Positions 37,713-50,199 of a stretch of DNA of 64,000 nt are shown here, piece after piece; the stretch's first letter is position 1, and every line of letters begins with the position of its first letter. Both the position numbers and the translations under genes were made by a program. The notes under the pieces were generated by a model, which saw only the letters and a list, made by a program, of their open reading frames with translations, did no database searches and had not been told where the DNA came from. This DNA comes from Vicugna vicugna (lineage: Eukaryota): NCBI GenBank assembly GCA_013265495.1, contig MU058582.1, forward strand, positions 1 to 64,000, given 5' to 3'.

Positions 37713-38443
37713 GCCTCTTGGCCCCAAAGGGTGAGGCAGGGCGGCCTAGAAGTTCCCACCTCCAACTCCCTCCCCACCCCCCACCTCTAGGCCTGTGCTT
37801 CAGGCAAACCATTTTCACTCCATGGGACAAGGGTGCCAGGGCCAGTATCGGCCCCCTGCCCGAGGGTTCTTGCTCCACCCCAACCACCCTCGTGTAGACA
37901 AGATGTCCCTCCCCTTGGCCAGTCCAACGCCCTCTACTCTCTGGACTTTACTGACCCTGTGCCTCCTTGGGGAGAGGAGACCCCAGCTGGGGTTGGATTA
38001 GAGTCCTCCCTCCAGACCCTGCTTTCCTCTCTCTCCACACCCGCCTCCCCCGACGTGTTGGTTTTCCAGCATTTTCAGAAGTCACAAACTCTTACATCTG
38101 GTCTGCTCACATCCATCTGGTCTCCACGCTCCCTCCAGTGGCCTCAGCTTGTGCTGGTCCTGAGCTCATACTTCTGTACATTCCACTCAGGGACCCCTTC
38201 AGACAAAGTCAGGACAGGGCCTTGAAACAGGGGACAATGTGGGCGGGACCTTCTATAAGCTTTCAAAGATGCTTATGGAGGTGGGAGGCACCCAGCACCT
38301 AGAACCAGCCCTCAGTCTAGCCAGCGGTGCCCCTCAACCCTCGGGATCCTGTGTCCTGGCCACCAGGGGGCACCCGGGACCTGGATTCCAGGACCTTGAA
38401 TGGCCTCTGGCAGATCTTTTTGCCACAGTCCTCCCAGTCCCTC

Positions 38444-38913
38444 TGAGGTGGGAAGTCCCATAAAAAAGACAGGCAGGACCCCCAGTCTGCGCCACTACTC
38501 TCCTACCAGCACCATCTGGTTCCCTGGGCCAGTGGCTTTACCTCTTTTTACCTCTGAAACAGCTATCGTCTAGGAAAGTGGAGCTCACTCCTGATTGGTC
38601 CATTTCCCTCACTCCTGATTGATTATTTCTCTCCTACTTGATTGGTCCATTTTTACAAAGCCTGTTTCGAATTAGTCAATATTTGTTACACCTTATTTGC
38701 ATATAATGTTGCAAAGTTTAAACTGGCAGCCTATAAAAGCCTGTGTAAACCTACAGCCGGGGTCCAGAGCTTGGAGTGTGAACTCCTCTCAGCCCGCTGG
38801 TGTAATAAACCTGAGTTCTCCTTGGTCTGAGTGCTGCTTGGTCTCTTACCCGGATCCACGTTGCTGTCACAACTGAGCTGTAACACTGAGCTGTAACACG
38901 TTTTTCTGCAACA
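38444..38913 (+). mobile_element. Solo retroviral LTR (ERV1-like), 470 bp
   Basis: TG...CA termini, 4-bp TSD CCTC (38440-38443 and 38914-38917), ATTGG boxes, TATAAAA 38732-38738, AATAAA 38804-38809. Confidence 0.85.
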
Positions 38914-39684
38914 CCTCCATGGGAGAAAGTCAGGCTTCTGGAGATATGGCGAGAGCCAGATGGGTGGGGACCCTTTTCCTGGGGGTTTGAGAGCCAGCGG
39001 AGCCCCTGCCTGTCACTCACGCTGACCTGAGGGACCACCTTTGGGTCATCCTCACTCAGGCCCCGGAGGTAACTGCTGTCCCTGGACTGTGAGACTTTTC
39101 CCAAGTGGAGTCTGGCACTGAGTCCTTATCTTCCGAGTGACCCCACATCTTTAATCACAGGCCGCAAGAAGGTCGCGGTGGCTGAGTGCATGGATCTGCC
39201 CTGCCCTTACCCTAGATATCCCCATGTCTGTGAACAAAGGACTATAAGGTGTCCTGTTACACATGTGAACAAATGAATGAATGAATGAACGCAGAGGTGC
39301 ATGCAAGGGAGGGCCTTGTGTTGATCTCTCTGACCTGGGCTTGCCACCTGAAACAGGGCTGATAAAATCTGACTTTTCTCACCTTGGAAGTGGAGACAGC
39401 CTCTCCCTCCTGCCTTTCCCCCACATTCATTCAACGAACATTGGTCCTTGAGAGCCTGCAGATGCCACACTCAAGGAGATACATGCTCAGAGATTTTAGC
39501 CTGGAAACAGAAAAAAAAAGAACCAGAACTCAAACAAGAAGGCTATTGTTTTAAAGTGACAAGTTGTAACTAAATCTCTGAAGAAAACAGGACAGAGAAT
39601 GGACTTGAAATGGAAAGGGTATGGGCTTGAAGATTGCTGGTCCCTATTTGGATAATCGCGTTGCTGGGGGGGTTTTTTTCCCCT

Positions 39685-39842
39685 TGTTTTCTTCTTTTTC
39701 TCTTTCTTTTTCTTTTTTCTCCTTGGTGGGGGAGTGGGGATAATTAGGTTTACTTATTTATTTAACGCAGGTACTGGGGATTGAACCCAGACATGGTGCG
39801 TGCTAAGCATGGGTTCCACCACTGAGCTGTACCCCCACACCC
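39685..39842 (-). mobile_element. tRNA-derived SINE, Vic-1-like (camelid)
   Basis: Reverse complement GGGTACAGCTCAGTGG...TGCTTAGCA...CTGGGTTCAATCCCCAGTACC...AAATAAATAAGTAAACCTAATTA with A-rich tail; A and B boxes. Confidence 0.8.
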
Positions 39843-42800
39843 AACAAGTGAGCTTCTGATACCTGTTTTATATCTGATTGTGTGGGCATTCATTCTAGAA
39901 CCAATCAAATAGGATGGCGCTTCCTGTATCTTGAAGTGCCTGAAAATCCCCCGTAACAGGAGATCTCAAAGGAGAAATGCTCTGTTTACTGCTCGCAGGA
40001 AGCACCTGGCACATTCTAGTATTTTCCCTGGGACCTCTCCCGTGTGGACCCCAAGCCACTGGCCCCAAATCCAGCACACACCTCCGTCTGGTGGGTTTCT
40101 GACCTGCTTATTCACTCACGGGCACTTTCTTGCTGTTATCCGTCCTCTGATGATTTGCTGGTGATAAGGTTATGTTCCCCACTCCGCAGGACGGCTCCTT
40201 TCCAGCCTTTATTGACTAACAGAAGTGAACATTCTCATTTGCTGAAGGGCTGATGGAGAGGATGCTGTGATTCATGGCCTGCATCCCACGAAGGGCATGT
40301 CACCCCTGCCACGGGATGTGCAGACAGCCCTGCCCTGCCAGCACCCTCCCCAAGCTGAGCGCCCAGGATGGATCTGCTCCCACCAGGTCACGTCCCTTCC
40401 CAGGGCAGCCTGAGTGCCGAGATTCGTGGGCACAACAATATACAGCCCAGGATGTGTCACTGCCACGTGGAAGCACCCTGCAGAGCTGTCCCAGCTCCAG
40501 CGGCCCCCACCCTCCAGAAGCTGCCCTCGGGGCAGGCTGAGATTGTCTCATTGCTGCTCCGAGTTCTGAGACTTCCACTGTCCAGTTCTCCTTCCTGTCC
40601 TTTCTCCCGGCTCAGGAGTCAGATCTGCACTGCGGTCTGCAGGTTTCCCTGCTGACCCGTACGCTTTCTCCCTTTATCCTCCCCAGGCCTGGGAAGGATT
40701 CTTCAATCTCCTGCATGCCCCTCTCACCTGGTGAACCCCCTTGGAGAGCAAGAATGTCACACCACGGAGTCTCATTCTCTGACCTGCTCCCTCCCATCCC
40801 CTGCACTGGAGGCGATGCCAGCAGTGCCTCCTGCCCATCTCAGCATTAGTTTCCAGGGAGACCTGGCCTGTGACACTTGGCACAAGAATGTGGCCTGGAC
40901 ACTCTTTGGGCAAACACAGGGGATCAGCTTCCCCAACTGAGCTCTCTCCCTGACTCACTTAACAAAGAACATTATTGAGTGGGCCCTTGGAGTACATTTG
41001 TGTGTCTTCAGGAAGATTCAGGTATGTGAAGTATGGAGTTAAAAGGATTTTAAGCAGAGGGGAAGCCTGTGCAAAGGCATTGAGCTTGAGGGAATATGGC
41101 CACTTGAAGGAACACAGAGAAACCCAGCTGGGGGCTCATCACCTGGGATCAGGGGACAGGAGGTGAGTGGGGGAGGTGGGCAGCAGACAGATCATGTGAG
41201 GACCAGAAGCCAAGTAAAGAGATTGGATATTTTTCTAAATGAAAAGAGAATTTTTTGACGCTGTTTTTTCATAATTTTTACATGAAATCATTCGTGTTTT
41301 AAAGACATGAAGGTGGTTTTGTCTGAAAGAACTTTGCGGGGGAAAAAAAAAGGAAGCCAGCAGAGCCCTTGGGTCCCATGGTTCTTGTCCGGGCACGTGA
41401 AGGGGCTTGGACCAAGCAGAGTGGATAGTGACTGGGGGCTTCAGGATACAGTTTTGAGACTGTCTGTCTGATTGGAAGTGGGGCATGAAGGAAGGGAAAG
41501 AGATGGTGATGACTCCTGGAGGTTTGACTTTTCCTGTGCATTTGTCTTGGGTATTTTACCTTTTTTCAAAGAATAGATGTGTTTGTGCAGAGAACCATCA
41601 GCTTTAATTTGCCCTCAGAGAAGCAGTAGAGAATTGTTTTCTTGTGTATTTTAGATTTCTTTGCTTTGTTTTTCTTGGCTATTAACAGTAGATTTTGCAA
41701 GTGATCCTTTTGCCACCCCTTTGGCGGCATTTGTGGTTCCTGATTTCTGGCTCATGTCCTATTGTGTGGGCACATGTATCTAGAAGAGTTTTACATGAGA
41801 AAGTGGACTCCTGAGGTGGGAGCCCTGGGTTTGCTCCCAGTGCTACCTGAACGTGGAACAGGGGACAGGGTGGCACCTCGTGAATATTAGAGGTTTGCTT
41901 CCTGGAAGAAGTTCCTGGACACATGGAAGATTCCTGGGGCTCCTCCATGGCTTTCCCAAGAGAGGACAGTGCTGGCCCATGTCCCCTTCCTGATGAATTT
42001 CTGAGCTATTCCTGCTTAATCGTTCTCTCAAATAACAGACATGATTATCTAAACCGATCTCTACAATAAGAAGCATAAAACTGTTTGAAAGAGACTCAAG
42101 CAATAGTGATGACTCAAAGTGATCACTTCCCCCAAAGATCTTCCTTTCTCCCTAATCCCAGATGCCAAGTTTCCCACCATCAACCACAGAGTCACTTCTC
42201 CTGTGCTCCCAAAATTCACTTGGTATAAAGAGCTGCCTCACAGGCATAACCTGGTGCCAGGGCTGCGGTGGGACGGGCTAGGTAGTCCTGGGGTGGCCGT
42301 CTGGGCCACCTGATGTGGCAGGTGACACACCCCATCCCAGAGGGAGTTCATGGACAAAGAGAAATGAGCTTAGAGAGGAATCCAGCAGTTCAGGGGGCCT
42401 GGTACTGAACTGGAGGGCAAAGAGAACGACAATGACATGGACTTAGGGACAGTAATTGCTGCTTGTACTGTCCTGTATGAAGTTTCAAGAGCTGCCTCCC
42501 ACGGTACCCCTCTTATGCCCCACAGCGTTTGTGCCCCAACAATTCTTCTTCATAACTGCTAATAAATGGCCCAGGGCTCAGATTCAGGTTGCACTGGGAA
42601 AACACCACAGAGACAGAGGATGGAGGGGCGTGAGAACTCTCCTAACAGTAGGTAAGAAGGAATTGAGGTGTTGCTGGTCCCCAGCTCTGCCTTTGATTTC
42701 TGGGAAACAGGGCAATGGGGTCTTGCAGCTGCCTGGAACCCTGTCCTCTCCTTTCTCCAGTAGCACGTGCTGGGATTCCTCAACCAGGAACCACTATGAC

Positions 42801-42985
42801 CCCACCAGCAAAGATGGGAAATCCTTGGACTGCATCAATTTCACACATGCTGTCATAGACTCAGTCTGTCCTGACTCCAAATGTGATGAAAGAGTTAATT
42901 CACTAGTAAAGTCTGCTGTCCAGGGATAGACAAGTGTCTAGAATCAAGTCCAGGTCAGGGGTGAGGGAAGCAGGGGCAGGAGCAG

Positions 42986-42993
42986 ATTTGCAT
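42986..42993 (+). promoter_or_regulatory. V8 octamer
   Basis: ATTTGCAT; TATA-like box altered to GATGAG (43028-43033). Confidence 0.75.
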
Positions 42994-43095
42994 GGAGGGC
43001 CAGCCCTCCTCTGCAGCAGGAGGAGGGGATGAGAGGTCTGGGGACCAGGCCCAGGGTTGGGGGATCAGAACACAGAGCTCTGGGGTATCTCGACC

Positions 43096-43560
43096 AAGGC
43101 CTGGGCTCCGCTCCTTGTCACCCTCCTCAGGGCACAGGTGAGGCTCCAGGGAAGGGACACGGGGACATCTGGCTGATCTTTTGTGTGTCTGTCCTCAGAG
43201 TGACCTGGGGCCCAGCGCTGAACTGACCGGAGTGTGTTTTTGCTCTTTGCAGGGTCCTGGGCCCAGTCTGCCCTGACTCAGCCTCCCTCGGTGTCCAGGA
43301 CTCCAGGACAGACGGTCACCATCTCCTGTGCTGGAACCAGCAACGACATTGGGAGATATAACTATGTCTCCTGGTACCAACAGCTCCCAGGAACGGCCCC
43401 CAAACTCCTGATCTATGAAGACACCAGTTGAGCCTCAGGGATCCCTAATCGCTTCTCTGGCTCCAAGTCAGGCAACACGGCCTCCCTGACCATCTCTGGG
43501 CTCCAGTCTGAGGACGAGGCTGATTATTACTGTGCCTCATATAGAAGTGGTGGCACTCCA
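43096..43560 (+). pseudogene. IGLV2: V8: IGLV2-like pseudogene
   Basis: ATG>AAG at 43096, 4-nt deletion in the leader (42 nt). V exon from 43253 [22 protein letters not shown]..., TGA 43429-43431. Confidence 0.93.
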
Positions 43561-43599
43561 CACACTGGTCCACGTTCATGGGGAAGTGAGACCACAACC
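43561..43599 (+). other. V8 23-RSS (variant heptamer)
   Basis: CACACTG + 23 bp + ACCACAACC. Confidence 0.85.
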
Positions 43600-44747
43600 T
43601 GCCCTGAGCTCCCTCAGGTCTTCTCCCTGAACTCAGGACCTCATTTGTTACTGCTGATTATTTTATTCTGGAAAAATTTCAAACAAAAATGAATCTTTAA
43701 TGATAATACAAAGAACTGCTTCATAAACTATTTGCCAACTTGGCCAATTGTGAACATTTTGTCACATTTACATTATCTCCTTAACTCTCATTTTCTCTCT
43801 TTCTCTGTATAAGCTTATGTACCTGTATGTTTATATGCAAACATATATGTAACTAGAAAAACACAACACACACACCCTGCCCTGTGTGAAGTCTCAAAAG
43901 CTGCTGCACCGTGAGCCCCTCCTAAGAGTGATAGCTAGTGATGGAGGGTCTCAGGCTTATTCTGCTCTTACAAGTCTTGTCTTGAGAGACCCTCAGCAGC
44001 CCCAGGCTTTGGCCTCAGGTCTAAGCTGTGAGCCCTTGTGGAAGATGGGGACAGAGGGATGTGTGAGCATCTATGCTAACATAAAGATTAAAAATGGGTT
44101 GGGAGGGAGGGAGAGGTGCCAGGCCCTGCTTTGGTGCCTAAGAAGTGACAGTTAGGACCATGTCCTCACCCTTGATCCTCATGGCAAGGTGGGGTATCCC
44201 ACACATGCACCAAAGATAATAACAAGACCATATAGGGACATCCCAAGGATGGCTCCTATCCCAGGGGACCAGCTCAGGGTCAATGCTGAGGTCCTTTCCC
44301 TCCTCGAAATGATGGGGTCAAAACAGAGCCCAGAGAATTAGGGCAGAGAGACTGCGTCTAGGATTAACTTAGGAGCAGGAAGGAAGTGGCACTGATTTCA
44401 ATTGCTGTGTGTTGTCCTGTCATCAGAGTGGATTGGAGAATAAAGCCAGTGGCCAATTGACTCATGGTCCAGAGACTCCTGGGCAGGTGTATGGGCTCAG
44501 CTCCTCCTCCTCACCGGAGTCATCACTGGCTGATGCCCATTGACTGAGGGTGGATGAGGGCAGGATGCTAACCAGAAGCACAGAGGCTCTGCACAGGGAA
44601 TGACTGGGAGGGAGTCCACGTCCACAATGAAACTTTTTTTAATTGTAAATTGTCATGAATTTCTTGGAAATGAGAAACAAGGGCTGAGTTGGTATTTAAA
44701 AGGGGGAGCAGAGAAAGAGGTTCTGGACCCCCTTTCTGGTCCCCAGG

Positions 44748-45028
44748 CACATAGTAAACAATCTTACAGTTTGCTGGGGAAAGGGGGTGGGAAGGGATAA
44801 ATTTGGGAGTTAAGGATTAAATGTTAGCCACTATATAGAAAAACAGAGGTTTTCAAGTTTCTTGTACATAGCACAGCAAACTATGTTCAATATCTTGTAA
44901 TTGTAACCTTTAATGAGAAAGAATATAAAAAGGAATGTGTTTACATATATGCATGACTGGGACGTTGTGCTGTTCACCAGAAATTGACACATTGTAACTG
45001 ACTGTACTTTAATTAAAAAAATAAAAAA
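44748..45028 (+). mobile_element. LINE-1 3' end (cetartiodactyl type) with A tail
   Basis: GGGAAGGGATAAATTTGGGAG...ATAGCACAG..AACTAT...CACCAGAAATTGACACATTGTAACTGACT...AAAAAAATAAAAAA. Confidence 0.8.
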
Positions 45029-45914
45029 CCTCTATGGTTACTCTTCTATTACAACCAAAGTTAATAAAACATCAATTCTCTTTGAAATACAAATAAAGTA
45101 GCTGGTAGATAAAGTGATGTGAGCGGGAGGGGATTGGAGGAATCTGGGCCTGAGCTGGGAGGGGAATAAAGCGGAAGGCAGAAGAGCAGAGCTGGGGGTC
45201 AGCCCCCCGCAGCTGCCTTCCTGGCCTTGGTGGGCGCCATCTGAGGCCACCAGGGGGCAGCAAGAGCCTGGATTTGAGAAGGTTCTTGTGTGATTTCCCT
45301 AGCCCGGGTGAAGGCACATAGCTGCTGCCTCCTAAGCTCCCACAAGGAGAGGACTTCCCTTTCCAAGAAACACCAGTAAATGTCCCCAGGCCTTTTCCTA
45401 AGAGAACCACAGAGATAGGGGACAGAGAGACAAGCGGACCATTCTGCTGAGGAGGTCAGGTGGGGCGAGGGGTGCACAACCCCAGCTCTCCTTTGATCTC
45501 AGGACGAGAAAAGATTGAATCTCTAACTAACTCCAGCACTTCTGCCCAGTCGTTACTTTTGACCCACAGAATACAAAATAATTATCGTGATTATTAGTCA
45601 ACGACATCTTGACTCTATCAGATGACAGGGACAGCCAAGGATGGCTTGATTTCCAGGTCCGTCTAATGGTCACTGTGTCCTAAGTAACAAAAACATATCA
45701 CACAGTATTAATATTCCTACATTGGCTCTGTGTAGAGGGATAGAGAACTATCTAGAACCAAATACAGGTCAGGGGGTGGGGAAGCAGGGGCAGGAGCAGA
45801 TTTACATGGAGGCCACGCCCACCTCTGCAGCTCTGGGGGAGGGAACAAGAGAGGTCTGGGGGACAAGGACCAAGGTTGGGGGCTCAGAACACAGCGTTCT
45901 GGGGCATCTCCACC

Positions 45915-46383
45915 ATGGCCTGAGTCCTGCTTCTTGTCACCCTCCTCACTCAGGGCACAGGTGAGCCTCTGGGGAAGGGACATGGGGACATCTGGCTGAT
46001 CCTTAGCGTCTCTGTCCTCAGGGTGACCTGGGGCCCAGCCCTGAACTGACCCGAGTGTGTTTTTGCTCTTTTCCGGGTCCTGGGCCCAGTCTGCCTTGAC
46101 TCAGCCTCCCTTGGTGTCCGGGACTCCGGGACAGATAGTCACCATCACCTGCGCTGGAACCAGCAGTGACATCGGGGTTTACAGTGATATTTCCTGGTAC
46201 CAACAGCTCCTAGGAATGGCCCCCAAACTCCTGATTTATTATGTCAGCAATTGAGCCTCGGGGATCCCTGATCGCTTCTCTGGTTCCAAGTCTGGCAACA
46301 TGGCCTCCCTGACCATCTCTGGGCTCCAGTCCGAGGATGAATCTGATTATTACTGTGCCTCTTCAAGAAGCAGCAACAATGTG
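45915..46383 (+). pseudogene. IGLV2: V9: IGLV2-like pseudogene
   Basis: ATG GCC TGA (stop 45921-45923), acceptor AG>CG at 46074-46075, TGA 46252-46254, octamer ATTTACAT 45800-45807. Confidence 0.93.
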
Positions 46384-46422
46384 CACAGTGGTCCACGTTC
46401 ATGGGGAAGTGAGATCACAACC
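46384..46422 (+). other. V9 23-RSS
   Basis: CACAGTG + 23 bp + ATCACAACC. Confidence 0.85.
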
Positions 46423-48944
46423 TGCCCTGAGCTCACTCAGCTCTTCTCTCTTGAACTCAGGATCTCATTTGTTTTTCATGTTAGCTTTTTGGAAATAATT
46501 ATATATTTAAATGAAACGGAAAAGATTTCATGAAGAACTCGTGCACAAGCATTTCCCAGGTGCACTAGTTTGTAACGCTTTCCCACAGTTGCTTTTTGGA
46601 TATCCCCTCTCCTCTCTGTCTCTGCATTTGTGTGTCTAGATGCACATCCATTAACATGCGTACACGGCGCACACTCACCAACACAGTACACTTATTTTCG
46701 GAATCACTGGGGAACATCTTCTATCTGTCAGCATCCAAGCCTTCATATTCCTTCTTAAATACACTTCAGAATCCATAAGATACATCATTTGAGGTGAATA
46801 AATCAAGGGTTTTTAATATATTGACACACTGGAACACCCATGAACACCCTACCTAACAGAGTATTTTCATCCTCGTAAAACAATGACTTCATCCATCACC
46901 GTCAGTAACCTTCCCCGGTCCCTCCACCCTACAGACCACTCACATGCTTTCGGCCAGTTCTAGATTTTTCACGAATGCAGTCATATCCCACATGGCCCTG
47001 TGTGTCTGGCTTCTGTCCCCTTTTCCAGTACTCTGTGATGGAGCTGTGGGTCCAGGGTAATCACATCTTGATAGTTTTGTTTAACCCCAATCTCTGCCCA
47101 GCTGAGTTCGGGTGGTTAATTCCACCCAGCTTTGTGGGAACACTGTGCTTTCTACATCAGTTCCATTTACAAAAACGTTGACCTGCTTCTTGAATGCGTC
47201 CTGTGAGTGAGCTGCACAGAGGCCCGTCTGGGACCTGAGTGGTTTTCTATCCCTTACGTCCCCCCGCTAAAGTCTTTCCTGTGCTATTTGCTGTCAGAAT
47301 CCATGCAAGTGTGGCTCAGAGGGCAGCTCAGGCTTCATGAACTATTTTCATGTTAACTTTCCTAGCGAACCTCCCCCCACCATCTCCTCAGTCTTCCCTG
47401 GACCTTGAGTTTACTTCTCTGTCCTCCGGATCAGAAACTGTGACATTAGTTCCCCTAATCTCTTGTCCTCTTCCTGTGACAGACCTGTGTCCATGTCAAG
47501 GAGCAGGAGGACAGAGAGGACAGAAGCAAGGGGGATGCTCATCCCCTGGGTGGGAAGACAGCTTCTAAATCATAGGGAATGGTCTTTCTGCCTCCAGCAG
47601 CACTGCTGCCCAGCTGGGGACAGGGACCTGTGAGTGTCCCGCAGTGGCTCTGACACTGGAGCTCTCCTTCTCGCCTTGCCCACATCAAGGGAAGCTGTCA
47701 AGCAGCTCTTCTGTCTCAGGCTGGAGCCCTTCCACCCTCAGGCTGCCTGATTCCAGGGAAAAATGGAATTTCACCCAACCTGAGTTCAATGACCTTCCAA
47801 TCCCGGCATCTTCCCCAGTCTCCTCTGATGATACCTTTTCTCGGTACCCAAGTAGCTCCTCCATGACTTCTGTCTGGGTTTTATAGGTGCATTTGGTGGG
47901 AGAAAAAAAATGTGTATTTACTACATGTTATGTGAAATCAAGATGCAATAGTACAGTTTTAAATTTGGTAAAACTGAAGGAGTCAGAACAACTGTGGGAG
48001 GAAAATGGGAAAGATGAGCCTGAGTTTTAAAGCCCTGAAGGAGAAGAACCGGAAGAAATATTTCCCAGTGGTCTTCAGTGTTCCTGGGTTCGGAGGGCAC
48101 TTCTGTCTTGACCTGGGGACGTGGGAAGGTGAAGCGTACAAGCAGCAAAATCACATCTTGTGACCAGAGCAATAACACAACAATGAAATGAGATGAAATC
48201 CTTGACCATCACTTGCATAATAAATGTCACAGCTGTGGGCGCAGAAACAGCCCTTTCTCCCAGCTGCTCTCTCCTCTCATTCATCTCCTGTGAGGTCAGG
48301 ACACTGGCTAGTGGGCTTGTGGATCTCATGTCGCCTGTGAGAATCAAAAGAGGAAAAAGACAGTGCCCTGCGCAGAGGGCAAAGGGCAGAACTGGGAGAG
48401 CAAGCTCGGAGTCAGGATGTAGCTCCTGCCTGGGGTCCCCTGTTCCTCCTGGGAGGCCTCACGCGTGTGCACCTGGTGCTCAGTGGCACCTGTGGGGGTG
48501 GCCTGGGGGTCAATGATCTGCTCATGGATTTGATGTGGCAGATGCTCCAGAATGAAGGGGTGGGGGTGGGGAGGTGAGCAGGCTGCCACCCAGAACCCAG
48601 CAAACAGCAGGTGTTTCCCTGAGATGGGCACTTCCTTTACCAGAGTACAGACTCTGCGGAGTGAGCATCCAGCAGAGGGCACTGCAGAGTGTCCCCTGCA
48701 CAAAGGGTCCCAGAGACACAGTCCCATCCCAGCAGGGACATAGAAGGTCCAGAAACACGGTAAGCAGGGCCACAGCTGGACTTTTTCTCCCCTGCAAACC
48801 AGCTAAATACAATTCATGTTTCTTATTTACACGACATCTACGGGTCAAAGACTTTAATCCCCTGATCAACATAACCTTCCAGGGATGTAGAGAATCTAGT
48901 GGCCAGGGCCAGGTTAGGGGTGGGGGAAGCAGGGGCAGGAGCAG

Positions 48945-48992
48945 ATTTGCATGGAGGCCCCACCCTCCTCTGCAGCAGGGGGAGAGGATAAG
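48945..48992 (+). promoter_or_regulatory. V10 promoter
   Basis: ATTTGCAT 48945-48952; GATAAG 48987-48992. Confidence 0.85.
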
Positions 48993-49057
48993 AGAGGTCT
49001 GGGGGACCAGGCGCAGGGTTGGGGGCTCAGAAGGCAGCGCTCTGGGGCATCTCCACC

Positions 49058-49524
49058 ATGGCCTGGGCTCTGCTCCTTCTTACCCTCCTCACTCAGGGCA
49101 CAGGTGAGGCTCCAGGGAAGGGACACGGGGACATCTGGCTGATCCTTTGTGTCTCTGTCCTCAGGGTGACTTGGCGACCAGGCCTGAACTGACCTGAATG
49201 TGTTTATGCTCTTTTCAGGGTCCTGGGCACAGTCTGCCCTGACAGCCTCCATCGGTGTCTGGGACTCTGGGAAAGACAGTCACCATCTCCTGTGCAGGAA
49301 CCAGCAGTGATGTTGGGTCTGGAAACTATGTCTCCTGGTACCAGCAGCTCCCAGGAACAGCCCCCAAATGCCTGATTTATCAGGTCAATAAACGAGCCTC
49401 AGGGATCCCTGATCGCTTCTCTGGCTCCAAGTCTGGCAACACGGCCTCCATGACCATCTCTGGGCTCCAGTCTGCGGACGACGCTGATTATTACTGTGCC
49501 TCATATAGAAGTGGTGGCACTCCA
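49058..49524 (+). pseudogene. IGLV2: V10: IGLV2-like, frameshifted by a 2-nt deletion in FR1
   Basis: Leader 49058-49103 (MAWALLLLTLLTQGT), acceptor 49218. CTGACAGCCT instead of CTGACTCAGCCT at ~49243; remainder open to [12 protein letters not shown]. Confidence 0.9.
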
Positions 49525-49563
49525 CACACTGGTCCACGTTCATGGGGAAGTGAGACCAAAACA
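49525..49563 (+). other. V10 23-RSS (variant heptamer)
   Basis: CACACTG + 23 bp + ACCAAAACA. Confidence 0.85.
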
Positions 49564-49786
49564 TTCTCTGAGCTCACAGGCTCTCTCCTTGCTCAAAAGA
49601 TGCTTCCACGCCCTGAGCAGCAGGCTTATGCAGCTCGGCCATGAAATGTCTGGACATCTCTCTCCTTGCGCAGTGAAGGTGAAGGAAACATGCACCCTGC
49701 ATCATTCCCTTGGGAGACTAATCACTTCCTCTTCCCTGGAGAAATGTGTCCCAAATGGGCCACTGTTTCCAGGTCTTCATCAGCAG

Positions 49787-50170
49787 TGTGATGGTTAATG
49801 GTCCATGTCTTCCTGCTGTGGGTAAGAGGTGCCCATGCTGCTGTGAAAACACATGGCTCGATGTGTCTGTGAGGCTGTGTCCAGAGGAGATTAGCACTGG
49901 AATCCATCGACTGAGTCAAGAAGATCACTGGTGCCAAAGGCGGTGGGCAGGGTCCCTGAGTGGAGGGTCTGAATAGAACAAAAAGGTGGGGAAAGGGGCG
50001 TGTGCTCCCTCCACGTCATCAGAGACGTCGTCCTCTCCTGACCTGGGACACTGGCACTGCTGGGTCTTCAGATGCTGAACTCAGACCAGAACTTACATCA
50101 CTGGCCCTCAAGTCACAGGCCTCTGGACTCAAACTGAATTAAATCACTGGCTTTCAGGGTTCTCTAGCCC
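49787..50170 (+). mobile_element. MLT2 LTR (5' LTR of an ERV-L remnant)
   Basis: Starts TGTGATGGTTAAT; GAGATTAGCA, GACTGAGT.AAGAAGATC, TGAATAGAACAAAAAGG motifs. Confidence 0.8.
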
Positions 50171-50199
50171 TCTCCGGGGGGCGCCTCCCCTCCCAAGTG

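Noticed and set aside
39780..39842. tRNA gene
   Set aside because: Degenerate cloverleaf followed by SINE body and tail; it is a SINE head.
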